From the NCBI GenBank assembly GCA_963708135.1, contig OY970192.1, forward strand, positions 1,920,001 through 1,984,000: a stretch of DNA of 64,000 nt, read 5' to 3'. The DNA is from an uncultured Gemmatimonadales bacterium. Its GTDB lineage: Bacteria > Gemmatimonadota > Gemmatimonadetes > Longimicrobiales > RSA9. The notes under the pieces were generated by a model. It was given only the letters and a program-made list of their open reading frames with translations, did no database searches and had not been told where the DNA came from. Every line of letters starts with the position of its first letter. Position 1 is the first letter of the stretch. Positions 22,029 to 32,152 of this stretch are shown in pieces. Position numbers and translations under genes: made by a program.

Positions 22029-22490
22029 ATGACACTGATCAAGTATCGCGGGCCGACGCCCGAGCTGTTCCCGACGGTGCCGTTCGAGGATTTCCAGAAC
22101 CGGATCCGGAAGTTCTTCAACGACGCCGCGCTGCCGGCCTACCTCCCCACCGAGACGGTTGCGTTCACGCCGCCGGTCGAGGTGGTGGAGACGGAGAAGG
22201 CCATCATGCTCACGGCCGAGCTGCCGGGGCTGAAGAAGGAGGACGTGTCGATCGAGCTGGAGGACAACCTGCTCACGCTCAAGGGCGAGAAGAAGACGGA
22301 GCGGGACGAGAAGGACGCCCGCTACCACGTCTGGGAGCGGAACTACGGCTCGTTCGAGCGCTCCTTCACGCTGCCCCGCTCGGTGGACCCGAAGGCCATC
22401 GAGGCCGTCTTCGAGGACGGGATCCTCACGGTCCGGATGGTCAAGAAGGCGGAAGCGAAGGGGAAGCTGATCGAGATCAAGGCGAAGTAG
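22029..22490 (+). CDS. Hsp20/alpha-crystallin small heat-shock protein
   Basis: AELPGLKKEDV, ERNYGSFERSFTLP, FEDGILTV. Confidence 0.95.
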   Translation: MTLIKYRGPTPELFPTVPFEDFQNRIRKFFNDAALPAYLPTETVAFTPPVEVVETEKAIMLTAELPGLKKEDVSIELEDNLLTLKGEKKTERDEKDARYHVWERNYGSFERSFTLPRSVDPKAIEAVFEDGILTVRMVKKAEAKGKLIEIKAK

Positions 22491-22515
22491 CCGCCCACCC
22501 CGGAGTCGGGGAAAT

Positions 22516-22546
22516 GGCGGGGGGGGCGCGGCGCGCCTCCCCCGCC
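22516..22546. terminator. 14-bp GC hairpin between convergent hsp20 and tRNA
   Basis: ggcggggggggcgc/gcgcctcccccgcc; no clear U-tract. Confidence 0.5.
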
Positions 22547-22570
22547 CTGCATCCGGCAGGCATAGGGGAA

Positions 22571-22653
22571 TGCCGGGGGCGGGACTCGAACCCGCAAGGG
22601 ATTGCTCCCGCTCGATTTTGAGTCGAGTGCGTTTGCCGTTTCGCCACCCCGGC
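22571..22653 (-). tRNA. tRNA-Leu(CAA), CCA not encoded
   Basis: GCCGGGG acceptor stem, anticodon arm CTCGA-CTCAAAA-TCGAG, long variable arm, GGTTCGAGTCC T-loop. Confidence 0.96.
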
Positions 22654-22668
22654 CGGGGCGGGGGTAAG

Positions 22669-23349
22669 CTAACGCCGCGGCGGGAGGCCTTCCAGTCCCT
22701 TGGGCGGCCCCAGGATCTCCCGGGCGAGGATGGCGCGCCGGAGGGCGGCACGCTGCCCGGGGCGGCGCCCGCCGCGGGCTGCTTCGGCGCGAGAAGCTTC
22801 GGCCTCCGCGGTGCCGGCCGCGGCCGGCGCCCCCGAGCGGTCAGGCACCGGGCGGTCGGACGCGGGCGCCGGGGCCCAGCCCACCGACTGCGGGCCACCG
22901 GACGAGCGGCCCGCGGCGTGCTCCCGGCGAATCTCATCGAGGGATGCGTTCGCCACGGTGGAGAGATCGCGGCGAGGCCCGGTCTCCTCGTCGTAAGCGC
23001 CGGCGCGGGCCGCCGCGATCGCCTGGTCGTCGTAGTCGTACGGCGTGGTGGCTGCGCGCGGTGCCGGCGCCGGTGGTGCAGCCGGGTCGGGCGCGGGCTG
23101 CCGGCCGCGGGCGACCTGCCCGGTGAGCAGCTCCCAGAGATCCTGTGGCACCATGTCGGCGGCCGAGCCGGGGCGCCGCTCGCCCGGAAGCTCGCGGCCC
23201 GAGCGCGGCGAGGGCGGCAGCGGCATCGGCCGCTGCCCCGGAAAGCGGCCGCGCGGCGGGGGCGCGCCGGTCCCCCGCCCCATCTTCCTCAACCCGCCGA
23301 TCACGACGAAGAAGACGTAGACGACGATGAGCAGGACGACGAGATTCAC
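22669..23349 (-). CDS. Membrane-anchored protein in YqfB-like position
   Basis: N-terminal TM, Pro-rich linker, C-terminal LRRAILAREILGPPKGL; downstream of floA. Confidence 0.7.
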   Translation of the reverse strand: MNLVVLLIVVYVFFVVIGGLRKMGRGTGAPPPRGRFPGQRPMPLPPSPRSGRELPGERRPGSAADMVPQDLWELLTGQVARGRQPAPDPAAPPAPAPRAATTPYDYDDQAIAAARAGAYDEETGPRRDLSTVANASLDEIRREHAAGRSSGGPQSVGWAPAPASDRPVPDRSGAPAAAGTAEAEASRAEAARGGRRPGQRAALRRAILAREILGPPKGLEGLPPRR

Positions 23350-23356
23350 GTGTGCC

Positions 23357-24346
23357 TCAGAGGTCGGCGGAGAGGACGTCGTCGCCGCCGCCGGCGATGG
23401 CGTGCCGCATCTCCGTGTCGGCGGAGATGTTCTTGTAGCGGGTGTAGTCCATGATGCCGAGGTTGCCGACGCGGAACGCCTCGGCTATGGCGAGCGGGAT
23501 CTCCGCCTCGGCCTGCACGACGTGGGCGCGCATCTCCTGGACCCGGGCCCGCATCTCCTGCTCGGCGGCGACGGCCATGGCGCGGCGCTCCTCGGCCTTT
23601 GCCTGGGCGATGCGCTTGTCGGCCTCGGCCTGATCGGTCTGCAGCTGCGCGCCGATGTTCTTGCCGACATCCACGTCCGCGATGTCGATCGAGAGGATCT
23701 CGAAGGCGGTGCCCGCATCGAGTCCCTTGGCGAGGACGGTCTTCGAGATGGCGTCGGGATTCTCGAGCACGGCCTTGTGGGACGCGGCCGAGCCGATCGT
23801 CGAGACGATCCCCTCGCCGACCCGCGCCAGGATGGTCTCCTCGCCGGCACCGCCCACGAGCCGGTTGATGTTGGCCCGCACGGTCACGCGCGCGAGCGCG
23901 ATGAGCTGGATGCCATCCTTGGCCATGGCGGCGACCCGCGGCGTCTCGATCACCTTCGGATTGACCGAGACGCGGACCGCCTCGAGCACCTCGCGCCCGG
24001 CGAGATCGATGGCGGCCGCCTGCTGGAAGCTGAGGCCGAGGTTGGCCTTGTCCGCGCTGATCAGCGCCTTCACGACCCGGTCCACGTGGCCGCCCGCCAG
24101 GTAGTGGGCCTCGAGCAGCTTCCCGCTCAGGTCGAGGCCCGCCTTCGTGGCCGCGATGAGGGGCCGGATCACGGCGGCGGGATTCACCTTCCTCAGCCGC
24201 ATTCCGATCAGGTCGGTGAGGCTGACACGCACGCCGGCGAACACCGCCTCGACCCACAGCCGGAGCGGCACCGTCCACGAGATCAGGAGCAGGGCCGCAA
24301 CGGCCGCGATCAGGATGAATACCGGGAAGGCCTGGGATGCAGGCAT
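23357..24346 (-). CDS. floA: Flotillin-like protein FloA (YqfA family)
   Basis: [40 protein letters not shown]. Confidence 0.95.
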   Translation of the reverse strand: MPASQAFPVFILIAAVAALLLISWTVPLRLWVEAVFAGVRVSLTDLIGMRLRKVNPAAVIRPLIAATKAGLDLSGKLLEAHYLAGGHVDRVVKALISADKANLGLSFQQAAAIDLAGREVLEAVRVSVNPKVIETPRVAAMAKDGIQLIALARVTVRANINRLVGGAGEETILARVGEGIVSTIGSAASHKAVLENPDAISKTVLAKGLDAGTAFEILSIDIADVDVGKNIGAQLQTDQAEADKRIAQAKAEERRAMAVAAEQEMRARVQEMRAHVVQAEAEIPLAIAEAFRVGNLGIMDYTRYKNISADTEMRHAIAGGGDDVLSADL

Positions 24347-24450
24347 GGTTCGTCTCGCCGATGAGGGGACGGAAGCGTTCCGGGTGTAGGATGGGCTACC
24401 CGCGGCGAACGCGGACGTGCCGCAGAGCGGCCGGCGTGGCGCCCGCGCGC

Positions 24451-25134
24451 TCAGCCGTGGGGGCGGACCACGTGCCGGTAGCCGTCGGCGCGCACCACCT
24501 CCACGGGCGTGCCCGCCGGGATCCACGTGCCCTCGGCCACGACGTCGAGGCGTTCGTCGCCGATCTGCGCGGCCCCGGCCGGACGCAGGTCCGTGACCGC
24601 CACGCCGGCCGCGCCGAGGAGCTCCGGGCGCGCCGCGGCGGAAACGTAGCCCCCGGCGCGGCCGGTGCTCTCGCCGAGCAGCAGGCCGCTGCGCGCCAGG
24701 TGCTCGCTACGGGGCAGCAGGCGCGCCAGGCTCCAGGCGACGACGAGCCCGGCCACGAGCGTCGCGCCGAGCACGCCCGCCGCCTGCGTGTACTCCGCCA
24801 CCCCTGCGCCGGGAGGGACCAGGCTGAGCAGGATGCTGCCGAGCACGGAAAGCAGCCCGATGGCGCCGAAGAAGCCGAATCCCGGTACGGCCGCCTCCAC
24901 GCCGAGCAGCACCACGCCGCCCGCGAGGAGCATGAGCTCCGGCCAGCCGGTCATGCCGGTCAGGTAGTGGCTACCGAAGAAGAGCGTCAGCGCGAGGGTG
25001 CCGAGCGCACCGAAGAGGCCGTGCCCGGAGGCCTTCACCTCCAGGACGATCCCCAGGAAGCCGGCCACGAGCAGCACCGGCGCGACCCAGGGCAGGGCGA
25101 GGAACGCCGCCAGCGCCTCCCACCAACCCATCAA
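24451..25134 (-). CDS. NfeD-family membrane protein (no protease domain)
   Basis: Several TMs, PGFGFFG, C-terminal OB fold TDLRPAG..DVVAEG. Confidence 0.88.
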   Translation of the reverse strand: MMGWWEALAAFLALPWVAPVLLVAGFLGIVLEVKASGHGLFGALGTLALTLFFGSHYLTGMTGWPELMLLAGGVVLLGVEAAVPGFGFFGAIGLLSVLGSILLSLVPPGAGVAEYTQAAGVLGATLVAGLVVAWSLARLLPRSEHLARSGLLLGESTGRAGGYVSAAARPELLGAAGVAVTDLRPAGAAQIGDERLDVVAEGTWIPAGTPVEVVRADGYRHVVRPHG

Positions 25135-25967
25135 CTGCCTCCGCCGCGCAGCAACTCCCGGGCGTAGAAGGCGCGCTGGATCGCAAGCTCGTACTGCCGC
25201 GCCGCGAGCGCCTCGCGCGCACCGCGGACGAGCCGGTCGGCCCGCTCGATCCGATGCTGCGCCGGGTCCTCGCGGCGCTCGCCGCGCTCGAACTGAATGC
25301 GCGAGAGGAGCGCCTCCGCGTCTGCCGTGAGGCGCGCCGCGACAGCGGGCGGGGTCGTCGCCGACAGGCCGTCGGACGCGAGCAGCGTCGCGCGCACGGC
25401 CCCCGCCCGGTCCCCTGCCGCCTCGGCCTGGCGCGCGTCCGCCAGCAGCGACCGCCCGGACTCCAGCCGCGCGGCCAGATCCGGCAGATCGGCCCGCTTC
25501 ATGGCGGACGAGGCGAGCGATGCCCAGCGCTCGAGTCTGCGCTGGAGCCGGTGCAGCACCGCCGTGTCCAGCCCGGCCGCCAGCACCGGGACGGCCACCT
25601 CGTAGGCCTCGCGCCGGAGGGCCTCGCCATCCTCGCCCCGGGCGGAGAGCGAATCCGCCGCGGCCCAGAGGGCCGAGGCCCGCGCCAGCGCCGGCTGGTC
25701 CACCGAGGCCGCGGGCTCCGGTCCCGCTTCGGCCGTGGAGCCCGCCGCGCGCGGCCCGGCGCCAGCCGGCCGCGCGAGGACGGGCGCCGGTCCCACCGCG
25801 GCCAGGAAGGCCGGAAGGCGCGGCAGGGACTCGCCCACGGCGAGCGCCGCCTGCGTCTCCGGCGTGACCAGCAGCGCGTCGGGAGAGGTGGGCGCATCGC
25901 CACAGGCCGCGAGGCCGAGAAGCAGCGCGGGGAGGGCCGCCAGCAGGATCCGGGAGGGGTCGCTCAT
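25131..25967 (-). CDS. Hypothetical helical lipoprotein
   Basis: Lipobox LLLGLAAC; stop overlaps nfeD start. Confidence 0.7.
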   Translation of the reverse strand: MSDPSRILLAALPALLLGLAACGDAPTSPDALLVTPETQAALAVGESLPRLPAFLAAVGPAPVLARPAGAGPRAAGSTAEAGPEPAASVDQPALARASALWAAADSLSARGEDGEALRREAYEVAVPVLAAGLDTAVLHRLQRRLERWASLASSAMKRADLPDLAARLESGRSLLADARQAEAAGDRAGAVRATLLASDGLSATTPPAVAARLTADAEALLSRIQFERGERREDPAQHRIERADRLVRGAREALAARQYELAIQRAFYARELLRGGGS

Positions 25968-26052
25968 CGCCTCAAACGCAAGCAATACCAGTTGTTTCGC
26001 TGTCATGAACAAGGTACGCGCGGGCGCGCCCGGAATCAAGCGCGGCGGCCAC

Positions 26053-26104
26053 TTGACCGGGATGTGGGGCGGGTCCTAGGTTCACGTTCGGACGTTCGAC
26101 CGAA
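26053..26104 (+). promoter_or_regulatory. Promoter TTGACC-18-TAGGTT and palindromic operator TTCGGACG-TT-CGACCGAA
   Basis: 7/8 inverted repeat at 26087-26104 over the predicted start site of the TetR gene. Confidence 0.55.
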
Positions 26105-26117
26105 AGGCACGCGAGGC

Positions 26118-26765
26118 ATGGGCGAGGACCGCGCCAGGTACGATGAGAAGCTGGACCTGATCCTGCGCAAGGCGGCGGCGATCTTCGCGGAGAAGGGGTA
26201 CCATCAGGCAAGCATCCGCGACATCAGCCGGGCGACGGGGATCAGCCTTTCGGGGCTGTACTACTACGTGCGCAGCAAGGAGGAGCTTCTCTTCCGCATC
26301 CAGGACCACGCCTTCGGGACGGTCCTCGCGAATCTCGATGAGGTGCTTTCCGGCGTGACCGATGCCGAGCAGCGGCTGCGGCTGCTCATCGAGAACCACC
26401 TGCGCTTCTTCGTGAGCAACATGAAGGAGATGAAGGTGCTCTCCCACGAGGCGGAGTCGCTGACGGGGGAGTCGCGCCAGCGCGTGGACGCGAAGAAGCG
26501 TCGCTACGTGGACCTGTGCGCGGAGATCCTGCGGGAGCTGCGTCCGGCCGAGAGCACAGTGGATCTGCGGGTGGCGACGTTCTCGCTGTTCGGGATGATG
26601 AACTGGATCTACAACTGGTACCACCCGGAGCGGGATGTGGCGGTGGAGCAGCTGGCCGCAGACATGGCGCAGCTCTACCTGAATGGTTATCTCAGTTGTG
26701 CGCCCGCGGCCGCGGGCGAAGGTCGAGGAATGGGAGACTCGAAGCCCTCCATCTGGAGGCGCTGA
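26118..26765 (+). CDS. TetR/AcrR regulator (PaaR/KstR2-like)
   Basis: HTH FAEKGY..SIRDIS..GLYYY..SKEELL; C-terminal FGMMNWIYNWY. Confidence 0.92.
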   Translation: MGEDRARYDEKLDLILRKAAAIFAEKGYHQASIRDISRATGISLSGLYYYVRSKEELLFRIQDHAFGTVLANLDEVLSGVTDAEQRLRLLIENHLRFFVSNMKEMKVLSHEAESLTGESRQRVDAKKRRYVDLCAEILRELRPAESTVDLRVATFSLFGMMNWIYNWYHPERDVAVEQLAADMAQLYLNGYLSCAPAAAGEGRGMGDSKPSIWRR

Positions 26766-26847
26766 CCGCGGCCGCGGGCGTCGTGCTGCCGGGGATCGCG
26801 GTGCCGGGGGCCCCGGCGCCGGCGAGGGTCCAAGAGTGGAGGGTGCG

Positions 26848-27678
26848 ATGGCAAATGTGATGGAATCGGAGCAGGGGGTGGCGCAGAAGACGCTCGTGCA
26901 CTACGAGGCGGCGGACGGCGTGGCGGTGCTCACGCTGGATGCCGCGCCGGCGAACACGTACACGTACGAGATGATGCGGCAGCTGGACGAGGCGCTGTTG
27001 CGCGCGCGCATGGACGACGAGGTCTGGGTGATCGTGCTGACGGGCGCGGGCGAGAAGTTCTTCTGCGCCGGCGCGGACATCGCCATGCTGAATTCGGTGA
27101 CACCGACGTTCAAGTACTACTTCTGCCTGCACGCGAACGAGACACTCTCGCGGTTCGAGCAGACGCCGAAGCTGGTGATCGCGGCGCTCAACGGCCACAC
27201 GGTGGGCGGCGGGCTGGAGATCGCGATGGCGGCGGACATGCGGATCGCGCGGCGGGGCGGCGGAAAGATCGGGCTGCCGGAGGTGAGCCTGGGCGTGCTC
27301 CCGGGCACGGGCGGGACGCAGCGGCTGGCGCGGCTGGTGGGCAAGGCCAGGGCGATCGAGATGATGGCGACCGGCACGACGTTCGACTTCGAGGAGGCGC
27401 AGGCGCTCGGGATCGTGAACGACACCTACGAGGCGGACGGCCGCGAGGCGTTTCTCGAGAAGGTGATGGCCTACGCCCGCAAGTTCACGCCGCCGAACCG
27501 GGCGGCGAAGGCGGTGGGCAACATCAAGCGGGCGGTGCAGACGGGCGCGGAGCTGCCGTTCGCGGAAGCGCTGGCGGTCGAGCGGGAGCTCCAGCAGCTG
27601 CTCTTCCAGAGCCAGGACGCCAGGGAGGGACTCGCGGCCTACATCGAGAAGCGCAAGCCGCAGTTCAAGGCAAAGTAG
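26848..27678 (+). CDS. Enoyl-CoA hydratase/isomerase
   Basis: FCAGADI, GGGLEIA, GLPEVSLGVLPGTGG (both Glu). Confidence 0.92.
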   Translation: MANVMESEQGVAQKTLVHYEAADGVAVLTLDAAPANTYTYEMMRQLDEALLRARMDDEVWVIVLTGAGEKFFCAGADIAMLNSVTPTFKYYFCLHANETLSRFEQTPKLVIAALNGHTVGGGLEIAMAADMRIARRGGGKIGLPEVSLGVLPGTGGTQRLARLVGKARAIEMMATGTTFDFEEAQALGIVNDTYEADGREAFLEKVMAYARKFTPPNRAAKAVGNIKRAVQTGAELPFAEALAVERELQQLLFQSQDAREGLAAYIEKRKPQFKAK

Positions 27679-27687
27679 CAGAGGCTC

Positions 27688-27725
27688 CGGCGCGGGGCCG
27701 GGGCCGAGACCCCGGCCCCGCGCCG
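27688..27725. repeat. Perfect 16-bp all-GC inverted repeat inside the operon
   Basis: cggcgcggggccgggg-ccgaga-ccccggccccgcgccg. Confidence 0.75.
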
Positions 27726-27794
27726 CGTCGAGCACGGCCGGGCGGATCCCAGCGCGCGACCGGCCCCACCCCGATCCTTCCGACGGCGAGACGC

Positions 27795-29270
27795 ATGGCG
27801 ACGACAGAGATCCAGGTCGAGCGCAGGGCACCGAACCAGCTCTACATCGGCGGCGAGTGGGTGGACGCGCGGAGCGGCGCCACGTTCGACACGCGGCACC
27901 CGGCCACGGGCGAGGTGCTGGCGCACGTGGCGGAGGCGGGGGCGGAGGACATCGCGGCGGCGGTGGCCGCGGCGCGCGCGGCGCTGCGGGAGGGCCAGTG
28001 GAGCGACATGGACGCGGCCGACCGCGGTGAGCTCCTGTGGCGGATCGCGGATGGGATCGCGGCGCGGGCGGAGGAGCTGACCCGGCTCGAGGTGCTGGAC
28101 AACGGCAAGCCGTACCGCGAGGCGAAGATCGACATCCGGCAGGCGGTGGACGCCTTCCGCTACTTCGCCGGCTGGACGACGAAGCTGGGCGGGGAGACGA
28201 TCCCCGTGCGCGGCAAGATCCTCAACTACACGCTGCGCGAGCGGGTGGGGGTGGTGGGCGCGATCATCCCGTGGAACTTCCCGCTGCTCATGGCCGCGTG
28301 GAAGGTGGCGCCCGCGCTGGCGTGCGCGAACGCGGTGGTGCTGAAGCCGGCGGAGCAGACCCCGCTCACGGCGCTCGAGCTCGCGGCGATCGCCGCGGAC
28401 GCGGGGCTGCCGGGGGGCGTGCTGAACGTCGTTCCCGGCTTCGGCGAGACGGCGGGCGCTGCGCTCGTGCGGCACCCGGACGTGGACAAGATCGCCTTCA
28501 CGGGCTCCACGGCTGTTGGCCGGGTCATCATGCGTGAGGCGGCGGACACACTGAAGAAGGTCTCGCTCGAGCTGGGCGGGAAGTCGCCCAACATCGTGTT
28601 CGCGGACGCGGACCTCGATGCCGCAGCGCGCGGCGCCTTTTCCGGGATCTTCTACAACGCGGGGCAGTGCTGCACGGCGGGGTCCCGCCTGCTGGTGCAG
28701 AGCTCCATCCACGACGCCTTCATGGGGCGGCTGGTCGAGCGGGCCCGGAAGCTCGTGCCCGGCGACCCGCTGGATCCCGCGACGCGCATGGGGCCGCTCG
28801 TCTCGGAGGAGCAGCTGGAGCGGGTCCTCGGCTATATCGAGCGGGGCAAGGAGGAGGGCGCCGCGGTGCTGACCGGCGGCCGCCGGGCGGCCTACGCGGG
28901 CCGCGAGGTCGGCTACTGGGTCGAGCCCACCATCTTCGACCTCGTACACCCCGACCACACGATCGCCCGGGAAGAGATCTTCGGTCCGGTGCTCGCTGCC
29001 ATGAGCTTCGGCGACGAGGACGAGGCCGTGCAGCTGGCCAACGACACGCCCTACGGCCTGGCGGCGGCGGTCTGGACGAGCGATCTGAAGCGGGCGCACC
29101 GCATGGCGAGCCGGATCCACGCCGGCACGGTCTGGATCAACACCTACCATCCCCTGGACGCTGCCTCTCCGTTCGGCGGCTACAAGGAGTCGGGCTACGG
29201 GCGCGAGCTGGGCGCGCACGCGCTCGACCTCTACACGCAGGTCAAGAGCGTCTGGGTCGACCTGAGCTGA
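27795..29270 (+). CDS. NAD(P)-dependent aldehyde dehydrogenase
   Basis: [28 protein letters not shown]. Confidence 0.95.
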   Translation: MATTEIQVERRAPNQLYIGGEWVDARSGATFDTRHPATGEVLAHVAEAGAEDIAAAVAAARAALREGQWSDMDAADRGELLWRIADGIAARAEELTRLEVLDNGKPYREAKIDIRQAVDAFRYFAGWTTKLGGETIPVRGKILNYTLRERVGVVGAIIPWNFPLLMAAWKVAPALACANAVVLKPAEQTPLTALELAAIAADAGLPGGVLNVVPGFGETAGAALVRHPDVDKIAFTGSTAVGRVIMREAADTLKKVSLELGGKSPNIVFADADLDAAARGAFSGIFYNAGQCCTAGSRLLVQSSIHDAFMGRLVERARKLVPGDPLDPATRMGPLVSEEQLERVLGYIERGKEEGAAVLTGGRRAAYAGREVGYWVEPTIFDLVHPDHTIAREEIFGPVLAAMSFGDEDEAVQLANDTPYGLAAAVWTSDLKRAHRMASRIHAGTVWINTYHPLDAASPFGGYKESGYGRELGAHALDLYTQVKSVWVDLS

Positions 29271-29274
29271 AGCC

Positions 29275-30474
29275 ATGAGAGAAGCCTGGATCATCGATGC
29301 CGTGCGAACCCCCGTTGGGCGGCACGGCGGCGCGCTCGCCAGCGTGCGGCCGGACGACCTGGCGGCGCATGCGGTGCGTGCGCTCATGGAGCGCACCGGC
29401 GTGGCGCCCGCGCTCGTCGAGGACGTGATCCTCGGCTGCGCCAACCAGGCGGGCGAGGACAACCGGAACGTGGCGCGCATGGCGGCGCTGCTGGCGGGCT
29501 TCCCGGACAGCGTGCCCGGCCAGACGGTGAACCGCCTGTGCGGCTCCGGGCTGCAGGCGGCGAACGACGCGTTCCACGCCATTCGCGCCGGCGAGGGCGA
29601 GGTCTTCGTGGTTGGCGGAGTGGAGTCCATGAGCCGGGCGCCCTTCGTGCTGCTGAAGCCGGCGGAGGGCTACGCCCGCGGAGCCCCGGAGCTGGCCGAC
29701 ACCGTGCTGGGCTGGCGCTTCGTCAACCCCGCCTTCCCCGCGGACACGACGGTCGGGCTCGGCGAGACGGCCGAGCGCGTGGCGGAGCGCTGGGGCGTCT
29801 CGCGCGAGGACCAGGACGCCTTCGCGCTCGAGAGCCAGCGGCGCGCGGCCGAGGCACAGCGCGCCGGGCGCTTCGCGGACGAGATCGTCCCGATCGAGCT
29901 GCCGCAGCGGAAAGGACCGCCCGTCCGGGTGGAGGCGGACGAGCACCCGCGCCCCAACACGACGGCCGAGAAGCTGGCCCAGCTCAGGCCCGCGTTCAGG
30001 AAGAACGGCACCGTCACGGCCGGCAACGCGTCGGGGCTGAACGATGGCGCCGCGGCGCTGCTCGTCGTCGAGGCGGAGCGGGCGCGTGCCTTGGGGCTTA
30101 CGCCGCTCGCCCGCATCATTGCCAGCGCCGTGGCCGGCGTAGCGCCGGATGTCATGGGCATGGGGCCGGTGCCCGCGACCCGCCGGGCGCTGGAGCGCGC
30201 CGGCATCGGTACGGGCGACGTCGCCCTCTACGAGGTCAACGAGGCGTTCGCCTCCCAGAGCGTAGCGTGCGTGCGGGAGCTCGGGCTCGATCCCGCGCGC
30301 GTCAACGTCAACGGCGGCGCCATCGCGCTCGGGCACCCGCTCGGCTGCTCCGGCGCCCGCATCCTCACGACCCTGGTTCACGAGCTGCGCCGGCGGGGCG
30401 GCGGCTACGGCGTCGCCACCATGTGCATCGGCGTGGGCCAGGGCATCGCGACCGTGGTGAAGGCAGACGAATGA
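29275..30474 (+). CDS. Thiolase, PaaJ/PcaF-like
   Basis: [32 protein letters not shown]. Confidence 0.92.
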   Translation: MREAWIIDAVRTPVGRHGGALASVRPDDLAAHAVRALMERTGVAPALVEDVILGCANQAGEDNRNVARMAALLAGFPDSVPGQTVNRLCGSGLQAANDAFHAIRAGEGEVFVVGGVESMSRAPFVLLKPAEGYARGAPELADTVLGWRFVNPAFPADTTVGLGETAERVAERWGVSREDQDAFALESQRRAAEAQRAGRFADEIVPIELPQRKGPPVRVEADEHPRPNTTAEKLAQLRPAFRKNGTVTAGNASGLNDGAAALLVVEAERARALGLTPLARIIASAVAGVAPDVMGMGPVPATRRALERAGIGTGDVALYEVNEAFASQSVACVRELGLDPARVNVNGGAIALGHPLGCSGARILTTLVHELRRRGGGYGVATMCIGVGQGIATVVKADE

Positions 30475-31298
30475 ACGACCATCCCATCGTGCTGGAGCGC
30501 GACGGCACCATCGGCTGGATCCGCATCAACCGGCCGGAACGCCTGAACGCCTTCTCCGGGACCATGCGAGAGCAGCTGGATGAGGCCCTCGCGGCGCTCG
30601 AGGCCGAGGATGACGTTCGCTGCGTCATCGTGACCGGCGTCGGCCGCGCCTTCTCCACCGGAGGCGACGTATCGGTCATGGCCTCCCTCATCGACTCCGG
30701 CGACGTCGAATCGTTCGAGCGTCTCGTCCGCGCCGGCGCCCGCGTGGTCGAGCGGATCGAGCGCATGAGGAAGCCGGTGATCGCCGCGGTCAACGGCCCC
30801 GCGGCCGGCGCGGGCGCCTGCCTCGCCCTCGCCTGCGACCTCAGGATCGCGTCGGAGACCGCCTCGATCGGCTTCGCCTTCGCCCGCGTCGGGCTCCACC
30901 CGGACTGGGGCGGCAGCTACTTCCTGCCCCGCCTGGTCGGCCCGGCGCTGGCCGCCGAGCTCGTCTACACGGGCGGCATGATCGGCGCCGAGCGCGCCGA
31001 GCGACTGGGGCTGTTCAACCGGGTGGTGCCCGCCGCCGAGCTGGAGCCGGCGGCACGCGGCATGGCCGGCCAGATCGCGGCGGGCCCCGCGGGCGTGATC
31101 GCGCACGCCAAGAAATCACTGCGCGCGAGCCTCACAAGCGACTTGAACAGAATGCTGGAACTAGAGACCGAAGCTCAGCTTGCGGCGTTCGCCTCGCCCG
31201 ATTTCCGGGAGGGGATCACGGCGTTCCTCGAGAAGCGGGCGCCCCGCTTCGGGAAGCGGTCGAACGGGGCGCACGGCACCCACCGGGAAGGAGCCTGA
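30471..31298 (+). CDS. Crotonase-family isomerase, PaaG-like
   Basis: Lacks both Glu; carries Asp in VGLHPDWGG. Confidence 0.8.
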   Translation: MNDHPIVLERDGTIGWIRINRPERLNAFSGTMREQLDEALAALEAEDDVRCVIVTGVGRAFSTGGDVSVMASLIDSGDVESFERLVRAGARVVERIERMRKPVIAAVNGPAAGAGACLALACDLRIASETASIGFAFARVGLHPDWGGSYFLPRLVGPALAAELVYTGGMIGAERAERLGLFNRVVPAAELEPAARGMAGQIAAGPAGVIAHAKKSLRASLTSDLNRMLELETEAQLAAFASPDFREGITAFLEKRAPRFGKRSNGAHGTHREGA

Positions 31299-32152
31299 TG
31301 CCGGGGCGGATGGCCGTCATCGGGGCCGGAACCATGGGCCACGGGATCGCCCAGGCCGCGGCCGCGGCGGGGTGGCAGGCGACGCTGGTGGACGAGGTGC
31401 CGGCGGCGACGGAGGGGGCGCTGCGCCGGATCCGCGCGAACCTGGATGCGGGCGTGGAGCGCGGGAAGGTGACGTCCGAGGAGCGGGAGCGGGTGCTGGC
31501 GCGCGTGCACGGAGCGAGCGAGCTCTCCGCGGCGGTGAGCGCGGCGGACGTGGTCGTGGAGGCGGTGCCGGAGCGGCTGGAGCTGAAGGCGAGCGTCTTC
31601 CGGCGCGTGGAGGAGAGCGCGCCGGTGGCGTCGTTGCTGGCGACGAACACGTCGAGCCTGAGCGTGACGGCGCTCCAGGAGCGGCTGACGCATCCCGGGC
31701 GCGTGGTCGGGCTGCACTTCTTCAATCCCGTCCACATCATGAAGCTGGTGGAGGTGGTGCGCGGTCGGCACACCGCGGACGCGACGGTGGCGGCGGCCGT
31801 CGCGCTGGCGCGCGAGCTGGGGAAGGATCCGATCGTCGTGAAGGACAGCCCCGGGTTCGCATCCTCGAGGCTCGGGATCGCGCTGGGGATGGAAGCGATC
31901 CGGATGCTGGAGGAAGGCGTCGCGAGCGCGGAGGACATCGACAAGGCGATGGAGCTCGGATACCGGCATCCAATGGGGCCGCTGCGGCTGACGGACCTGG
32001 TGGGGCTCGACATTCGCCTGAGCATCGCCGAGCACCTGCACGAGACGCTGGGCGCGGAGCAGTTCCGGCCGCCGGAGCTGCTGCGCCGGCTGGTGGCGGA
32101 GGGGAAGCTCGGCAAGAAGACTGGGCGAGGATTCTACACCTGGAGCGAATGA
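31298..32152 (+). CDS. 3-hydroxyacyl-CoA dehydrogenase (PaaH/Hbd-like)
   Basis: GAGTMGHG, ATNTSS, GLHFFNP, HPMGP. Confidence 0.93.
   Translation: MPGRMAVIGAGTMGHGIAQAAAAAGWQATLVDEVPAATEGALRRIRANLDAGVERGKVTSEERERVLARVHGASELSAAVSAADVVVEAVPERLELKASVFRRVEESAPVASLLATNTSSLSVTALQERLTHPGRVVGLHFFNPVHIMKLVEVVRGRHTADATVAAAVALARELGKDPIVVKDSPGFASSRLGIALGMEAIRMLEEGVASAEDIDKAMELGYRHPMGPLRLTDLVGLDIRLSIAEHLHETLGAEQFRPPELLRRLVAEGKLGKKTGRGFYTWSE

Noticed and set aside
20300..22653. Integrative element at tRNA-Leu
   Set aside because: No integrase and no duplicated tRNA 3' end found by eye; composition similar to the flanks
25975..25995. Sigma54 promoter for the lipoprotein gene (TGGTATTGCTTGC)
   Set aside because: GG-to-GC distance is 10 rather than 12
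26080..26097. Three GTTC copies upstream of tetR as a LexA box
   Set aside because: Start-to-start spacings are 6, 8 and 14, not 11; better explained as a TetR operator
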